Shown here: piece after piece, positions 14,001 through 37,459 of the stretch | Position numbering within the stretch: the first letter of the stretch is position 1 | Layout: each line of letters starts with the position of its first letter | Assembly: GCF_964204865.1 (NCBI RefSeq) | Contig: NC_135263.1 | Coordinates: forward strand, 16,864,001 to 16,928,000 | DNA from: Styela clava | Taxonomy: Eukaryota | DNA length: 64,000 bases | Direction of reading: 5' to 3' | Program-made: the position numbers and the translations under genes | The notes under the pieces: generated by a model | What the model saw: the letters and a program-made list of their open reading frames with translations, nothing else | Database searches by the model: none | Told to the model about the DNA's origin: nothing

Positions 14001-17000
14001 CGAGATAAATATTTATATTCCAACCCTGCAAATTGAGCCTAATTGGTGTAATTTTTGGTAAAACCTTTTCACATGACCAGTCAGTTTTTTATTAAATTCT
14101 ACTACAAAGGCTTCTGTATAGCCAATATTGTTTGTTCTTCGAATGTGTGTGTCGCGCTTTTATTCATTCATTATATTCATTGCATAATAGATGGTAATAC
14201 TGCTATCGTTGAATGTGTGATAAATACTTGAACAGTAGTGATATTTTAGTTGAAGACTTTTAATGCTAAATCTGTGTCTAAGGCTCACAATAACATGACC
14301 TCAATAATTCCGCCTATTGAAGTTGTTGCATTTTATTTTAACTATTTTCATAATCAAACTGCATAATAGTTCTTTTTAACATTCTTGAAGAATACTGAAG
14401 CGTAAATGCTCTATAACAGAGAAACGTAACGTGGCTGGATCCTCGATGACCTTCATGACCCAGCACATAAAACAATATTATCCAAAAATGTGGCTCTTAT
14501 ATTTAATATTGTATCATTTATATTTTATTATTTTTATTTAGTGTTCATTTTGTTTGTGAAATCGGAACTTTCTCTCCTCCCTCTTATTTATCCTAACCCA
14601 GTACCTCACAAACAATATTTCCCTGCATAAACAAATATAGATGATGGTTTCAAAAGATAAAAGTGACCGCATTATCAGTAAAATGTCTTCAAGTAAATCC
14701 CGAGACTTCAACATCATCCATTTGAATATTTATCGCCAAACACAAAATGCGTTTGATTGAAATGCGTTAATTATTGAAATCTAATCAGATATACCTATAT
14801 AGGTCATAAAATACGAATACCGCGTATATTGCAAAACATTTCAAATAGGTCGATATACTTTCAAGCAGGCATTCGTGTTGATTGTAGATGCGAATTGACG
14901 TCAAATTCTTGTTTACGTAAACGTAAAGTTACAATGCTTCTGGGTCAAAACGATTCCCCAAGTGAGTACAATCTTGTGCTGGTTTGAGAGCCCAAATAAA
15001 GCGGAAAACTGTGAAAATGAAGTATATTTTCTCCATTTTTAGTACATTAGATGTTAGAATTTATTAAATCTTGCCAAAATGCGACGCGACACATAAATCA
15101 CCTAATGTTAGTTTTTCATATGAGTTTGCAATTCTCATCATTTCATTTCAATGTACCCCAGTTTCAATTTGCTGCATTTTTCCGGCGTACATAATCGATA
15201 TTAAAAACGTCTTGCTTGAATTTTGAATATAATACTTTTATAATAATGGCAAAGCGGTTCTTTTTTGGTGTATTCCAATTGTGTAATGAATTGTTGTACG
15301 TAAATTTCCTTCAGAAAACGAATTTATAAATAAAACATGATTAATAAAATACGTCAAATACTTTTATATCAATATAGCATCTATTCAATTTTGTAATATC
15401 ATATCTAATTCATATTCATAAGTGTAACTCACTTTCTTATTTTAGAAATAAAAGTCGATAACGCTATTTTACCAAGTCGCATATCAGTATTAAGGAGAAT
15501 TTTCAAATAATGCAATTTAATACCTGGAAATACACTGCGAAAGTTTCATAATGATTTTGTTCATTTGGAATTAGTGGGAGAAAATCCCGAACAATTTTGT
15601 CTTCATCCATATTTGAAGAGGATTTTTTTTAGTGTGTTTGTTCAGATTATGGGTGTGACGTCATGTTATAGAAAAACGGAGTTTAATATTCTTTTGTTTG
15701 AATTGTGACGTCATCAGTATTGCGCCACATCAAGAACAGTAGATTTTATCTATAATCTATAGCAAAGTACATCGCATGATTTGTGTGTAGTGCGTGCTCA
15801 ATACACGTGCCAGTATGGTCTAGATGCGATATCGGATAACATTCATGCTGGAACAATTTAGAATCAGATTCAAATGCGAAACGTTTATCTTACGCGGAGA
15901 TATACGGTATTATAATTTCATTTACATAAAGAATCCACTTCATGATATAATAAAATTTATATTGAATAACGCAAAAAAATAGATTCGAATACTGACCATG
16001 GCCAACTAACGATAATAAAATAACGCTCTGCTAGGTCACGCTCACACGCCCAAAATAAAACACCGCTAAGGTTTAGCGACGAAAGCTCTAAATCAAACAG
16101 TGTTATTCTAATCTTGTCATCTACTGGTAAAAAATAAGCAGCCAAATCCACATATATGGCACTGGAAATGCTTTATGTAAATGTTAATATATATATTGTT
16201 GATTTGCAAGGCGTATAGAGTCGAGGCAAAATGAAGGCGTGTCCAGTGATACTATTATAATGTAAATATCGCGTTATTTGTTTTGCTACCGCATTTGACG
16301 GTTCACGAAGTGTGTATTGTAACCATAAGCAGATTAGTAACAAAACTTTGAACTGTTTATCATTGGAACTGCCACATATTTCTTGAAACAATGCTTCTGC
16401 TTGGGAATGTAGGAACTGATTTCGCAGATAAATTCAAATACTTAAAATGTTATAGTTACCGTTTTCAAATATTTACTTTGGAACGATTAAGTTACATTGG
16501 GCATATACTGTATAGAAAAACAGTCTTTCTGAACTGTCAAACGTATATTACAAATATGGAGCCTATTGCTCACGTTTTTAAAGATATTCCCGAAATGAAA
16601 AATGTTGGAAATTTAGATATTGTTTACACAGATTTCTTAGTCGCTAACGGCATAATGCGTGTCCGAGAGTTCAAAAGCCAATTGTAACGAGCCACATATG
16701 TTTTCATTGAATATGAGTATCCAAATACAACCAATCGAAAATGTGATGGTTAAATCAGATGGATCGCATTCAATTGAAAAACTTATCAACAATCCTTTCG
16801 TTTGATATCTTGACAATGGGTGTAAGCTGCAATTGTACCCCTAACTAGTCTTACCTACGCACATATTTCTTGGGGTTATGACATTTACGCTACTTATACG
16901 TAATGATTAATATTGAATTACAGGGAGTATTCTCGTCCAACTAAAAGTAAATATACCATGCTGTGCGTCCATCTATGGCAAATTATCATATTTACCACAG

Positions 17001-19307
17001 GCAATGATCTGTTAAATTAGGCACAAATTTATATGGGATTAGAGTGCAAAATCAATTAAAATTTCCGGGCCCCGAATGGTTGTTTTTTCGTCCAGTGAAT
17101 GATGGACGCAGACTATGTCATCTGCAAATTGTGTCACGGAAATTCTATAGCATTATGTGTTCTCACGCATTGGAACATTTAGTTTTATTGTGGAAGGAAT
17201 ATATTAAACTGAATTTTGGTGCAGAATTTTAACCAGGAATAATCAAAAATTTGTTAAATCTGTATGCCCCTACATTTAAAGCAGATTTAAATTCAACTTC
17301 AAGCAAATATTTTTGTCAAGCAAAAGGAATCCGATAATGGGGTTTTCTTCCTTACAGCAGTGGTTACTAAGGATATTACAATCACGGCGTGACAAAACAC
17401 TCACATAATAATAACAAAGAGTTGAGTAGGTGTACTTATCAGATTGTTATAAGACACCGATGGAATTCACTTCATTAGATGTGGACGCGGACAAATATGT
17501 TTAGTGGACACAGTAATCAACGGAATATTCATGTCGATCAAAAACTACATTACGAAAGAAGTCGTCAGCGTGTTGATACAAGCCATTCAATAAGATGATA
17601 GTAATACGGGTTTCAAAATTCATGGGCTACATATCACCCGATCGAGTACGCTTCGTAGTATGTTCGGCCATCGCTCTACCTAATCTCTTTCCAGATATAA
17701 ATTCCAGGAAACGCAATTTTCCCCATAGCTTTGTCCAAACAGAGAATTTTGAATATTTTGATACAGTGAATGTAAACCAATAATGTCTTTATTGCCAATG
17801 CTATCCAATAAAAAACAAAGGTGTGACGCAAGATTCTTTGAAATTTTATACATGCCAGACTTCTTTGGAAGGTGTGTTCAGGCGTTGTTATTTGACATAT
17901 TGCGTCACCGTTTGTTGTGGACACCGGATTGAATATCCGAATCTACAGATTATGGCACGGAAGGCTGCAAAATACTAATTGTTCTTAGCAACGCTGTTCA
18001 GTAGAACACATACCTTACGATTCTTTTGTACTATGCGTAGCGTACCGCAATGAAAAAATATTTTAAAATAAAATAAGTTCTTTCGGTATATATATATATG
18101 AATAAACTAAAACAAAATTACATTTATATTGTTTATTACCGAATCTTACAGTAAACTCAATACAACAGCACGTAATGTTTAAAATAATGTCAAATTTTCC
18201 CAGATGACATGTTATTGTGACACGATCATTTCATTCCACGATAAAGAAATATTTGTGATCGAAAGCTAAGTTGCAGACAATCTGCCGACGAGATGATTAA
18301 CGAATGAATTATGTAAAAATATCACCAACGATATATTTTGTAATGATTCATCAGACGAAAATTTCGATTTAAATTCAACAAGGGTTTGTCATTCAAACCA
18401 AAGAAATAACGCATTCGCATTTCAGGTCTAATCGCATATTCGTTGATTTTCCCAAGAGGTGACCATTGTGATTTTATTACCACAGCGGCACCAAGTGGCC
18501 ATTTAAGTGACTAAGATGATCATAGTAGGATGGAATTATACTACATCTTCCTTCTGTTCATAACTCGGTTTTATATATATAATTGAACTTGATACAAAAA
18601 AGGGTTGGTTCGGATGTATATAATTTTTACTATCCGGATAACGGATATATCCGTATATTTCGTATTTTAACTATCCGGCTGCCAATTGTTAGACGATCAA
18701 TTTTATGAGATTTCTGTGGTGAATTGATCAAAAATCACGACACAGTTTTATAAATATATATATACAAACGAAAAACGAACAAAATCACAGTTGAAAACAT
18801 GAAAAAAATGTTCGTGTACAAAAAAATTCAGACACAGATTAAGTAATACTGGACTCTACTATTTTTACGCCTGAATATTGTGAGAAAACTCTTCGAAATT
18901 CAAACTAGTTTATTCCAGCATAAACGGCGTTCCTTCAATACACTGCAGAAAGTAAATGTCACACTCGACCAAAAGGCAACAGAATCAGAAACTCGTGAAT
19001 CGCACGTACCGCAGTGTAGGCCTAAGTTATATATATGTCTGTGGGAGCACAATGCACCAGATGAGACTTAAAATCAAAATGTACCATCCAGCCGCACCAG
19101 AATACAAAAAAATCCAAATGTGGGATAGGACATAGCCCAGGGGTCGGTAACGTTTTCTTTCCAGTGTGCCAATTTGTAAAATTCAATGTCAAAGTATACG
19201 TTTGCGTGCCAATGAAAAAATTGCGTTATTCAATCAGACATGAGAACAACACAAATTGACGTAAATATCTGGGATAATTGGCACTACGTAAAGTTATTTG
19301 TTTAAAT

Positions 19308-19877
19308 CAGTGCTTCCCAATCTTTCAGTTCGCGACCCACTTTTATTGCTAATTTTTCTATGCGACCCACAATGAGATGTTAATATATATATATATATAT
19401 GGAAAAAGAAACAAAGTATCACCACCACGCAATTTATTATTAAATGCGAAACTTGAGTTTGCATATTGAATATTATCAGATCAAGTCGAAGGTTGTTTTG
19501 GCTCACAGTCATTTTCTGCCTTAATGAAACCACATTTGATGTAATCATAGTCATATTTTCTCACTACAACTTTTCGAGTTTTCTTTATTTCGTTACTTTT
19601 AATTTTCAAAAAATTATCTATGTTGCGTCTTACAAGAATCAAACAAAGTTATGGTGTTAAAATAAAGTATATTAACCCTGTTTAGTAAATATATATATAT
19701 TTGAAATGCGACTCATTGCATTTAAGATTATTATCAATTACATAAATCGGCTTCTTTGCTACTGTCTACACGAGTTCAACAAATTACTTGTCTGTCGAGT
19801 AGCCTACCTTTAATTTCCAACATGTAGGGGCGCACTGAAATTATTGGCGGTCGCGACTTTCTGGCTGGAAAGCACTC
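19308..19877. mobile_element. hAT (Charlie-like) MITE
   Basis: TIRs CAGTGCTTCCCA / TGGAAAGCACTC flanked by a perfect 8-bp TSD GTTTAAAT. Confidence 0.8.
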
Positions 19878-21787
19878 GTTTAAATGTACTTCACTAAATT
19901 TCACGACAAGTTATTTATATTATGTCCACGCTTTTTATCACTCAGAACCTTAATATTTAGCTTGTAATTTGGGACTTTTTACCCAGCTGAACCCCAGCTT
20001 CGGAATTATCAGCCGTGAGACGACTGCGATGAGGGCTTGGGACAAACGCCATGTGCGCAAAAAATACGTTGATCTGAATACAGAAAACAAGGCTTTTATC
20101 ACGCCTTAAGATCACAAAAAAGCGCCCGGCATTAATGCCACAATCTATTGCAAAATTGTGTCTTTAGGACACTCATATAGCTACCGATTACAGAAGGGTT
20201 AATTCTGATCACACGAAAATTTTTAAAATACGGTGAAGTGGAACTTTGAACATCTTCAATATAGACACCCATTTTCACTACAAAAGACTTCCACGTACCA
20301 AACTTATTCAACACAGTTCGTGCTGATAACACAGCTTTGACGAGCTCCTTGAAAACGAAGACTCAATTCGTGTCAAGTGCGCAGTGATATCTGTAGGAAA
20401 CAATAAATCCACAAGCAATTTTCAGTCATGGGTATTGCTTTTACTAATTCGACAGAAAAATTATTATTTCAACCAGACAAACCTCACCGAACTCAGCCAT
20501 CTGAAAGTGCAATCTAAATGAGGTTCAAGTTATGCACCTCCGTCTCACCAAAAAAGAAAGACCGTCATAACGACGCCGAGTGACGAATACATTGAAGGTG
20601 GAAGCAATTGCCTGTCTGTCCTCGAGCTGAGCCATGATGACGTCATTGATAAATTCACGAGGTGTCATTGCCGCCTGGATTTCGTCTGAAGGAGCATATC
20701 TAGTAGTCATCACAGCCACCAAACAGCGTTCGCCCAGGCCAGCAGTGTACCACTCGGAGGATGCAGTCAAACGCTGGAGGTAGTCAAGTCGGCCTCCAAT
20801 TAGCCATGCCCGATTCCAGTAGCCAATACACGGGTGTCAAATATATATATTTTATTCCGGAGCTCAAATCAATTTCATTTCGCATTACATCGTGTGCTTT
20901 GGTTTATTTTTTGATTGTCGTTGTATAGGCTAGCTTTAGATTAGAACTTCTAAATTCACTTAACCCCATCTGGATGTTGGCAGCGGATGCTACACAGGCA
21001 TATTAAGTTCGTCTGCAACAGCATATCTAACCTAAAAACGTTGTAGATGCGAATCACAGGTAAATGTCATCGAGTTACCAGTTTAACGAATTTGTCATCT
21101 GTAGTTACATGTTATGGTGTTAGCAGTTACGACTTACGAATATGCTCATGTTGACAAATTTTCTAAAACCTGTCAAAAACCTTTCAAATCGAAAATACCA
21201 TTTTGTCGTTGAATAAAATACTGTATAGGTTTCAATGCTCTCACATAAATTTTCTACCATATCACTAATTATTTCTATTTCCCACATCAATTCATAATCC
21301 TATTCTATGCTAGCTCTGCAAATATAAGAATTACGAATGACAATATCGTTCACCATTTACGTATTTTAGCAAGCATGTTTGATACAGAGAGACGATGAGC
21401 GGTAAGTTGGAAGCGACACAAATCAAAACAATATAGAAAATGCAGGAGAGAAAAATCAAAAATGGCACAACAGCTTTTGTGTGAGAACAAATTTTGGTTT
21501 CTAAAAACTAGTTGAAATAAATATCAATACCATCACAAAGACCACATGCACAAATTCTTACTACAGGACAATAAAACAGATAACCAAAAAACTACTAGTT
21601 AACATTTGTTGTAATCATAACCTAGTCCGGAAAGTTAGATGCCAAATTCTCATTGGCAGCAAATCTAATTACAACAAGATGAACAAAGAGTCAGTCACAG
21701 TCACCAAAAAGAAAGTAGTAGGAAAAGTAATATCTAATATAGCAGTAATATCAGCATTAATATGAGGAATTGTGCACTATCTGTTAT

Positions 21788-31710
<9,923 letters not shown>

Positions 31711-32799
31711 ATGCAAGCATCAGCAGAAAAATTTCTGTGAGTTACTGTGGAAAACCTAACCCAAAATTCTATATAAAGCTGAACGAAACAATTTGAAGAA
31801 GTTTCACGACAGTATTGAATTTGATAATAGCGAGAGTGCAAGATTAATGAACAAGCTTGTGGGTTCGGGTCAGGGTGAAGACGGTCTGAAAAATGACATC
31901 AAATCAACAAAAAGCACTGTCTGACTGTCCATCAGTGAGGGACTCTGGGGATGAATCAAACAGGAATCTTCATCACACCATAAACCTGTAAACCCGAGCT
32001 GCAAATGGGCCCGACACCTTAACCCGCAGCCCTGGGTTAGGACGATGCTCAAAAACCTTCAAGGTTTCTAATCTCTGAATCTGTTCCATACTTATTGGCG
32101 TTATAATAATGTGTAATACCTAATACAGTAATACGTAACCCATCATATATCAGTATATGAATGTAAGCGCATCTGAATTTTCCGTGTTCATGGAATCTGA
32201 GAATAAAACCCACCTTCCACACGAATAAACGTAAAAGTGCCTCAGAATCTTTTTTATACTTGCGATAAGTTTGGATGTATTGATGACCATAATACAGTAC
32301 GGCACACTATACAAATCGGGTGATATTGTCCCGTTTCAGAGAAACCCATTTTACAGATGATCAGACACCCCTCTTTCGGGAGACTTCTGAACATTGTTGT
32401 CCCTCAATATCGGTAATAATACAGTATAATGAAGTTGCGCAAAATACTACAAAAAGGCGCAATCTAGTAACGCCATCATTGAATTCCTTGGGAAAAAATA
32501 ATCTGATTTACCGAAGGAAAAAAAAAAAAATTTTACCGTAGCATTCGGGAGTTTTTAGCAAAAAACGGCAATTAATTTAAATTATTATTGAGACAAGCAT
32601 GGCGTGATATGAAGCCCTCGTTTGTGAGACACATGGAGTGTTTGTTTTATTGAGCCAAATGGAGGGAAATTCTTGGAATTTGGATAGTGTGCTGTACTGT
32701 AGTAGAAATAAAATATTCATAATCCAAATACAGAAATATCTGAAATATAGAAAACATTTAAAAAAAAAGTGGTAGTCTAAAACGGTCATCTGTGAAAGT

Positions 32800-33040
32800 T
32801 GGTCAATCATTTTTCGGGGTTACCAGTCAGCCAGTTGGGTTGGGTTAGCAGTCCATGTGGGGTATTGTATGGGATTAGTTGGTCAGATCTCAGATGGCTG
32901 GATGGTGGACTGGTGGAGGAAGCCGTCACTGCAGCACTGACCTCAAGAATAGCAGTTATGTAAATCACCCTATGGCGCAAGAAGTTCAGCAATCCTTTCG
33001 CACATAATTATCCACACAGGATTCCAGGATTCTAACCGTC
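32800..33040 (-). mobile_element. SINE copy (diverged)
   Basis: Reverse complement AATTATGTGCGAAAGGATTGCTGAACTTCTTGCGCCATAGGGTGATTTAC matches the 37.4 kb SINE body. Confidence 0.65.
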
Positions 33041-33183
33041 CCTTTCGCGATTGCAGTTCGTTGACCGCCTATTTTGACCAAATTAGAAACCGTGAGAGGC
33101 TCTCACTCGGCATACGTGATCCACACTTGCTGGCCTACCCACAGCTCGCTTCTCGCAAGTTTCATCATAAAAATAAGAATTTT

Positions 33184-35226
33184 CGGGTCTAGTATAGTTT
33201 AGTTAGGCTTACCATATGTCCCACTTTCAGTACAGCACACTATCAAAATTTCAAGAAGTGTCTGATCATCTGTAAAATTTTTTTTGATATGTCACTCCTA
33301 ACCCCCATCTGACTACGCCATTCAAAAATTACGTCACTACGACATCACAATCAGACAATCACGTCACAGAGCTTGCCAAATATACGTACAATCGCCCGAA
33401 ATGGCATTGGCGCTGACGATAAAGAACTGACTGACGTTATCGATCTCTCTCCTATTGGAATCATTCCAACGAGAAAAAAAACTGTTTGATTTTGGGTGCT
33501 CGTTTGTGCGTCTTGGATGGCAGTTCGTATAGTTTGAAGGGCTCTATTACGTCACTGTGACGTCGTGTTGACATAATTTTTGGATGGTGTAGTCAGGTGG
33601 GGGTTAGGGATTGATACGTAAAAAAATTGTCATGCTACACCCACTACTGCACTAGAAGTAGACTATGTGAGGTACGAAACTACATGAGACCCGTTGCCTT
33701 TACAGGCGTCCCACTTTGGGGTCTAGTATAGTTCAGTACCACAAGTACTTGCAGTGGGCGTAGCATGAAGAATTTGTATATGTTATTCCTAACCCCCACC
33801 TGAGTCCTGACTATGCCATCCAAAAATTACGTCACTACGACGTCACCATCACGTCATATGGCTTGCCAAAGTATAAATACGATCGCCAGAAATGGCATCT
33901 GCACCTATCGTGATCGTTGTGACGAGAAAACGAGAGAAATAGATTGCTCGATTTCGGATGATCGTCTGCGCGTTTTGGACGACCATCCAAATACTTTGAT
34001 GGGCCTTATTACGCCACTGTGACATCAAAATGACATAATTTTTCGGTGACGTAGTTAGGTGGGGGTCAGGACTGACATGTGCAAAAATTGTTGAGCCAGA
34101 CCAACTAGAAGTACATGTGGTACGTTACTAAACAATACCAGACCCCCACTATTTGAAGTCACAAAAATGTGGTAACCTTAAGTTTAGTACCACAAGTACT
34201 TCCAGTGGGCGTATTATAACAAATTTTGCATACCAGTATCAGAGTATGTTATTCCTAACCCCAACCTGACTATGCCATTCAAAAATCACGTCACTCCGAC
34301 GTCACCATCACGTCATAGAGCTTGTCGAAGTATAATTACGATCACCCGAAATGGCATCTGCGCCGCCGATAACGAACTCGCTAACGCCGGCGATCTCTCT
34401 CCTATCGCGATCGTTGTGACGAGAAAACGAGAGAAGTGGGTCTTACTACTTACTAATACAGCGCGAAACACCGCAAGGAGTGCGAAACACCGCAAGGAGT
34501 GCGAAACAGCGCATTACAGAGGAAAACAGCGGGGAACGGAGGAAAACAGCGCAAAACAGAGGGAAACAGCGCAAAACAGGAGACCCAGTCATTATCACTT
34601 CATGACGGCTCTTGCCACGAAAGAACCACGGCGCCCCTCGCCATGGTTTTATAGCGCTATTACCGGCATATTCACAAGGTTATGTAAGCTACCGGATTTT
34701 AGGTCATCATGCGAAATTTTATTTACTTTTTTTTATCTAACCCTGACCCTAAAGCCAAATCATTCAAAACTGTATCCATATGGAAAATGTTCCAAATTAC
34801 GGTACCCAAAATGTGTCACTAGCAGGAGCAGACCTGCCATTACAGCCTACATGCCTTGGTTTGTGTTTTCAATTTGCTGCCGTGGTACCCAAACTCAAAA
34901 AAATATGGTACACCATTTCATTGCAGAATTTTTTTCTGCTTTGCGCTGTTTCCCCTCTGTTTCGCGATGTTTGCGGTGTTTTGAGCTGTCTTCAGTAAGT
35001 AGCAAGACCGGGGAGAAATAGCTTTCTTGATTTCGGGTGATTGTCTGCGCGTTCTAGAGTCCTAGACAACCATCCGCATACTTTGGTGGGCCTTATTACG
35101 CCACTGTGACGTCGACATGACGTAATTTTCGGTGACGTAGTTAGGTGGGGGTTAGGATTGACATATGCAAAAATTAGATTTCAGGCCAACTAGAAGTGCA
35201 TGTGGTGCTAATCTATACCAGAACCG
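33184..35226. repeat. Tandem cluster of three palindromic MITE units (family B)
   Basis: Units at ~33184-33693, ~33717-34147 and ~34180-35226. Each has arms CCTAACCCCCACCTGACTA..AAAATTACGTCA / GACATAATTTT..GTAGT[CT]AGGTGGGGGTTAGG. The first two have GGGTCT / AGACCC termini. Confidence 0.85.
34438..35010. mobile_element. Nested non-autonomous element with 9-bp TSD (Mutator-like)
   Basis: TIR GGTCTTACTACTTACT / AGTAAGTAGCAAGACC with subterminal GCGAAACA repeats. The flanks GAGAGAAGT and GGGAGAAAT each differ by one base from the empty site GAGAGAAAT seen in the neighbouring unit (~33932). Confidence 0.8.
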
Positions 35227-35319
35227 AAATTTCTGGGTCAAAACGCCACTGGTGGTCCAAAATGATCCCATAAAAAGAAAAAGTCACCGTTTTTCTTGAA
35301 TGCAACTTTGAGTGAAGCG

Positions 35320-35731
35320 ATGGACCTTTCCCCGAGCATCGACTTCCTTGTTTACTTCCTGACATTGGCCAATCAGCAAGATGCAAAAAGTGATTCGTTT
35401 ACGCATTTTCAAATTCTATTCGTTAGTTTTTAGTCTGTTTCGGAAATTTAAATATAAATCAGATAATTCAGTGATCACTCTGTTATCTTAGGAGTTTTAA
35501 TTTAATTACAGTAATAAAAAATTAGTGTAGAAATAGCTTTGATAGACTAGGCTAAAAAATTTTACCGGTATTTTTGAAAAACAGATTATTGTATGCGATG
35601 AATCATAATGATGGTTTGAAACACATACCCCATTTTACAGGCGCTAACTCGCGAAACCACTCTTAAAATAAGCCCCGAAAATTTTGCAATGGTAAAGTAC
35701 AGAAAGAATTTTTTGGGGGTCAAAGGTCCAT
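35320..35731 (+). mobile_element. MITE family E, near full-length copy
   Basis: TIR ATGGACCTTT(CCCCGA) / AAAGGTCCAT. Body matches 23261-23605. Confidence 0.8.
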
Positions 35732-36269
35732 TAAGCAGAAATTACTAATCGCATGGGTCAAAGGGGAGCAGCTATATGAAATTCCACAGGCTACCATTTT
35801 AGATTGAATAACAGGTTTACATTTTGATAACATTTAAACACTCAATTGTTTATCAGAAATACCCAAGCGGAAAAGTTTTGCAAAGCAAATCCCAGCGCTA
35901 CAGATGCGGATACCACTTCAAATGTTCCATCAGTTTCTCCATCTCCGTCGCCAATCATTTCATCAACCGTGCTAACAAAACTAAGAAAAACAGCGCATGT
36001 AATGGAGAGGAACATCCCTTGAGAAACAAAATTTAATTCTAGAAAACGTTATAGAAAGAAATCAAATGAGCGATAATGGCTTTTATATGACATGGAAGAG
36101 TTTGAAGCGAGATATACATAGAAAAAAGGAAAACAAACATATAAAAATAAACGCAGAGAAAATAATCGTACCAAAATCGTAAAAAAAAGACATTTTCAAA
36201 AAGCCAATGAAAACAAAATCTACATAAAAAATCATTAGTAAAAAAAACAGCCATTCAACTTATTGCGAG

Positions 36270-36570
36270 ACAATACATTGAATTATTTAGAATTTTTGAT
36301 GCAGAAAAACAAGAAAATGTGGGGAAAAGCAGATTAATTTTGATAGAAGATTGTAGAAAAAAAGAGCAAGCAAGCTGAGAAGGGCGACAAAAAAGAAGGT
36401 TGAGGCATGCGCATAAAATAGCGAAAGAGACGGGGATGATACTGTATTCGAAGGTGGTCCAGGGTGTTCACGGAGAATTCAGTGTGGCGGTCGTGATACC
36501 TGGTTTCACGTGAAGTGCACAGAGCTCTCCGTAGTTATCGTCGAAATTTTCATTGTAATGCATTAGTTTT
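36270..36570 (+). mobile_element. Decayed transposase-like fragment (charged stretch plus PHD-finger remnant)
   Basis: A K/E/R-rich stretch is followed by IQCGGRDTWFHVKC..NFHCN, a broken PHD motif. There is no intact ORF. Confidence 0.35.
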
Positions 36571-37302
36571 GAAACATGTTCCTGACATGTTGCTTTTCAA
36601 ATGTAGAGGAAATTTTATAGCATTTTTCTGCACGATTCTCGATAATCCCTAAAGTGGTAAATATATTCATAATAAAGTAGATACATTCTCATATATTTCA
36701 TTCCTGTAGGTCGCAGTAACTACTTCAGCTGTTAATTTTTAATGTGCGATTTCATCTTCACAAAGCCATCGAAATGTTTTTCTCGCTGATTTGAATACCT
36801 TCGTTCGACCTAATTTAGTATTACTAATCTTTCAGCGTCATTGGTAGAAAAATTCATTCTTGTTGACCATAATCTCCAAGGGCAATATTCGTGAATATTT
36901 GATTCAAGAGTTGACATTGGCACACTTGCAGTGTACATTGAGAGTAGCCGAAAATATAAGTGGTGCGCTTTATTATATTGAGCAGGAATGCGTTTCTGGT
37001 GGCACCAAAAGATTATACATGCTTTGTCACTTAAATTACAATGATTTCAAATAAAATCACTTTCTTGAAATATGTAAAACCAGAAGTTTTGATATTTCTT
37101 TATTACCGCTGAAATAGATCAGATGGAATTGTTCTCTACAATTTGTAAAGGGTTGCCTGTCCTCTATAAACAATTAATATTTTTATATACATCCTGGGGA
37201 TGGGTGAAAATAATAAGACGGATTAATCATGGCTCTTCGTTCAGTGACCGACGGAAATCCGTGTGCGCAATGTTGCAAATGCATCAACGCTGTTATTTGC
37301 TC

Positions 37303-37455
37303 GGCGTTGTGGCGCATCGTGCTAAGAGTTACGAATACGCTCTCCACTGCACCTCTGATCACCCTGTGTGGGTTCGCAGGTTCGAATCCCTACAGGGAAA
37401 ATTATGTGCGAGAGGATTGCTGGACTCCTCGCCGCCGTAGGGTGGTTCACGTGGG
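37303..37455 (+). mobile_element. tRNA-derived SINE, 5' part
   Basis: Pol III A-box TGGCGCATCGTG and B-box GGTTCGAATCC (37379-37389). No cloverleaf end. Body is shared with the 22.2 kb and 32.9 kb copies. Confidence 0.75.
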
Positions 37456-37459
37456 GTTA

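Noticed and set aside
16155-16166. TATGGCACTGG, the start of miR-183
   Set aside because: Only 11 nt match and there is no hairpin.
31866-31980. Possible C/D-box snoRNA (GTGATGA...CTGA on the minus strand)
   Set aside because: The terminal stem is weak, I recognised no rRNA guide, and it is embedded in a repeat-like GGGTTCGGGT/AACCCG segment.
34272-35021. 249-aa ORF
   Set aside because: It lies wholly within the MITE array and nested element, and the peptide simply translates the repeats.
33184-35226. CRISPR-like or prokaryotic repeat array
   Set aside because: The context is eukaryotic and the units are long palindromes with no repeat-spacer periodicity.
37303-37395. Possible tRNA gene
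   Set aside because: A and B boxes are present, but there is no cloverleaf or acceptor stem and the downstream body is repeated elsewhere, so it is a SINE.
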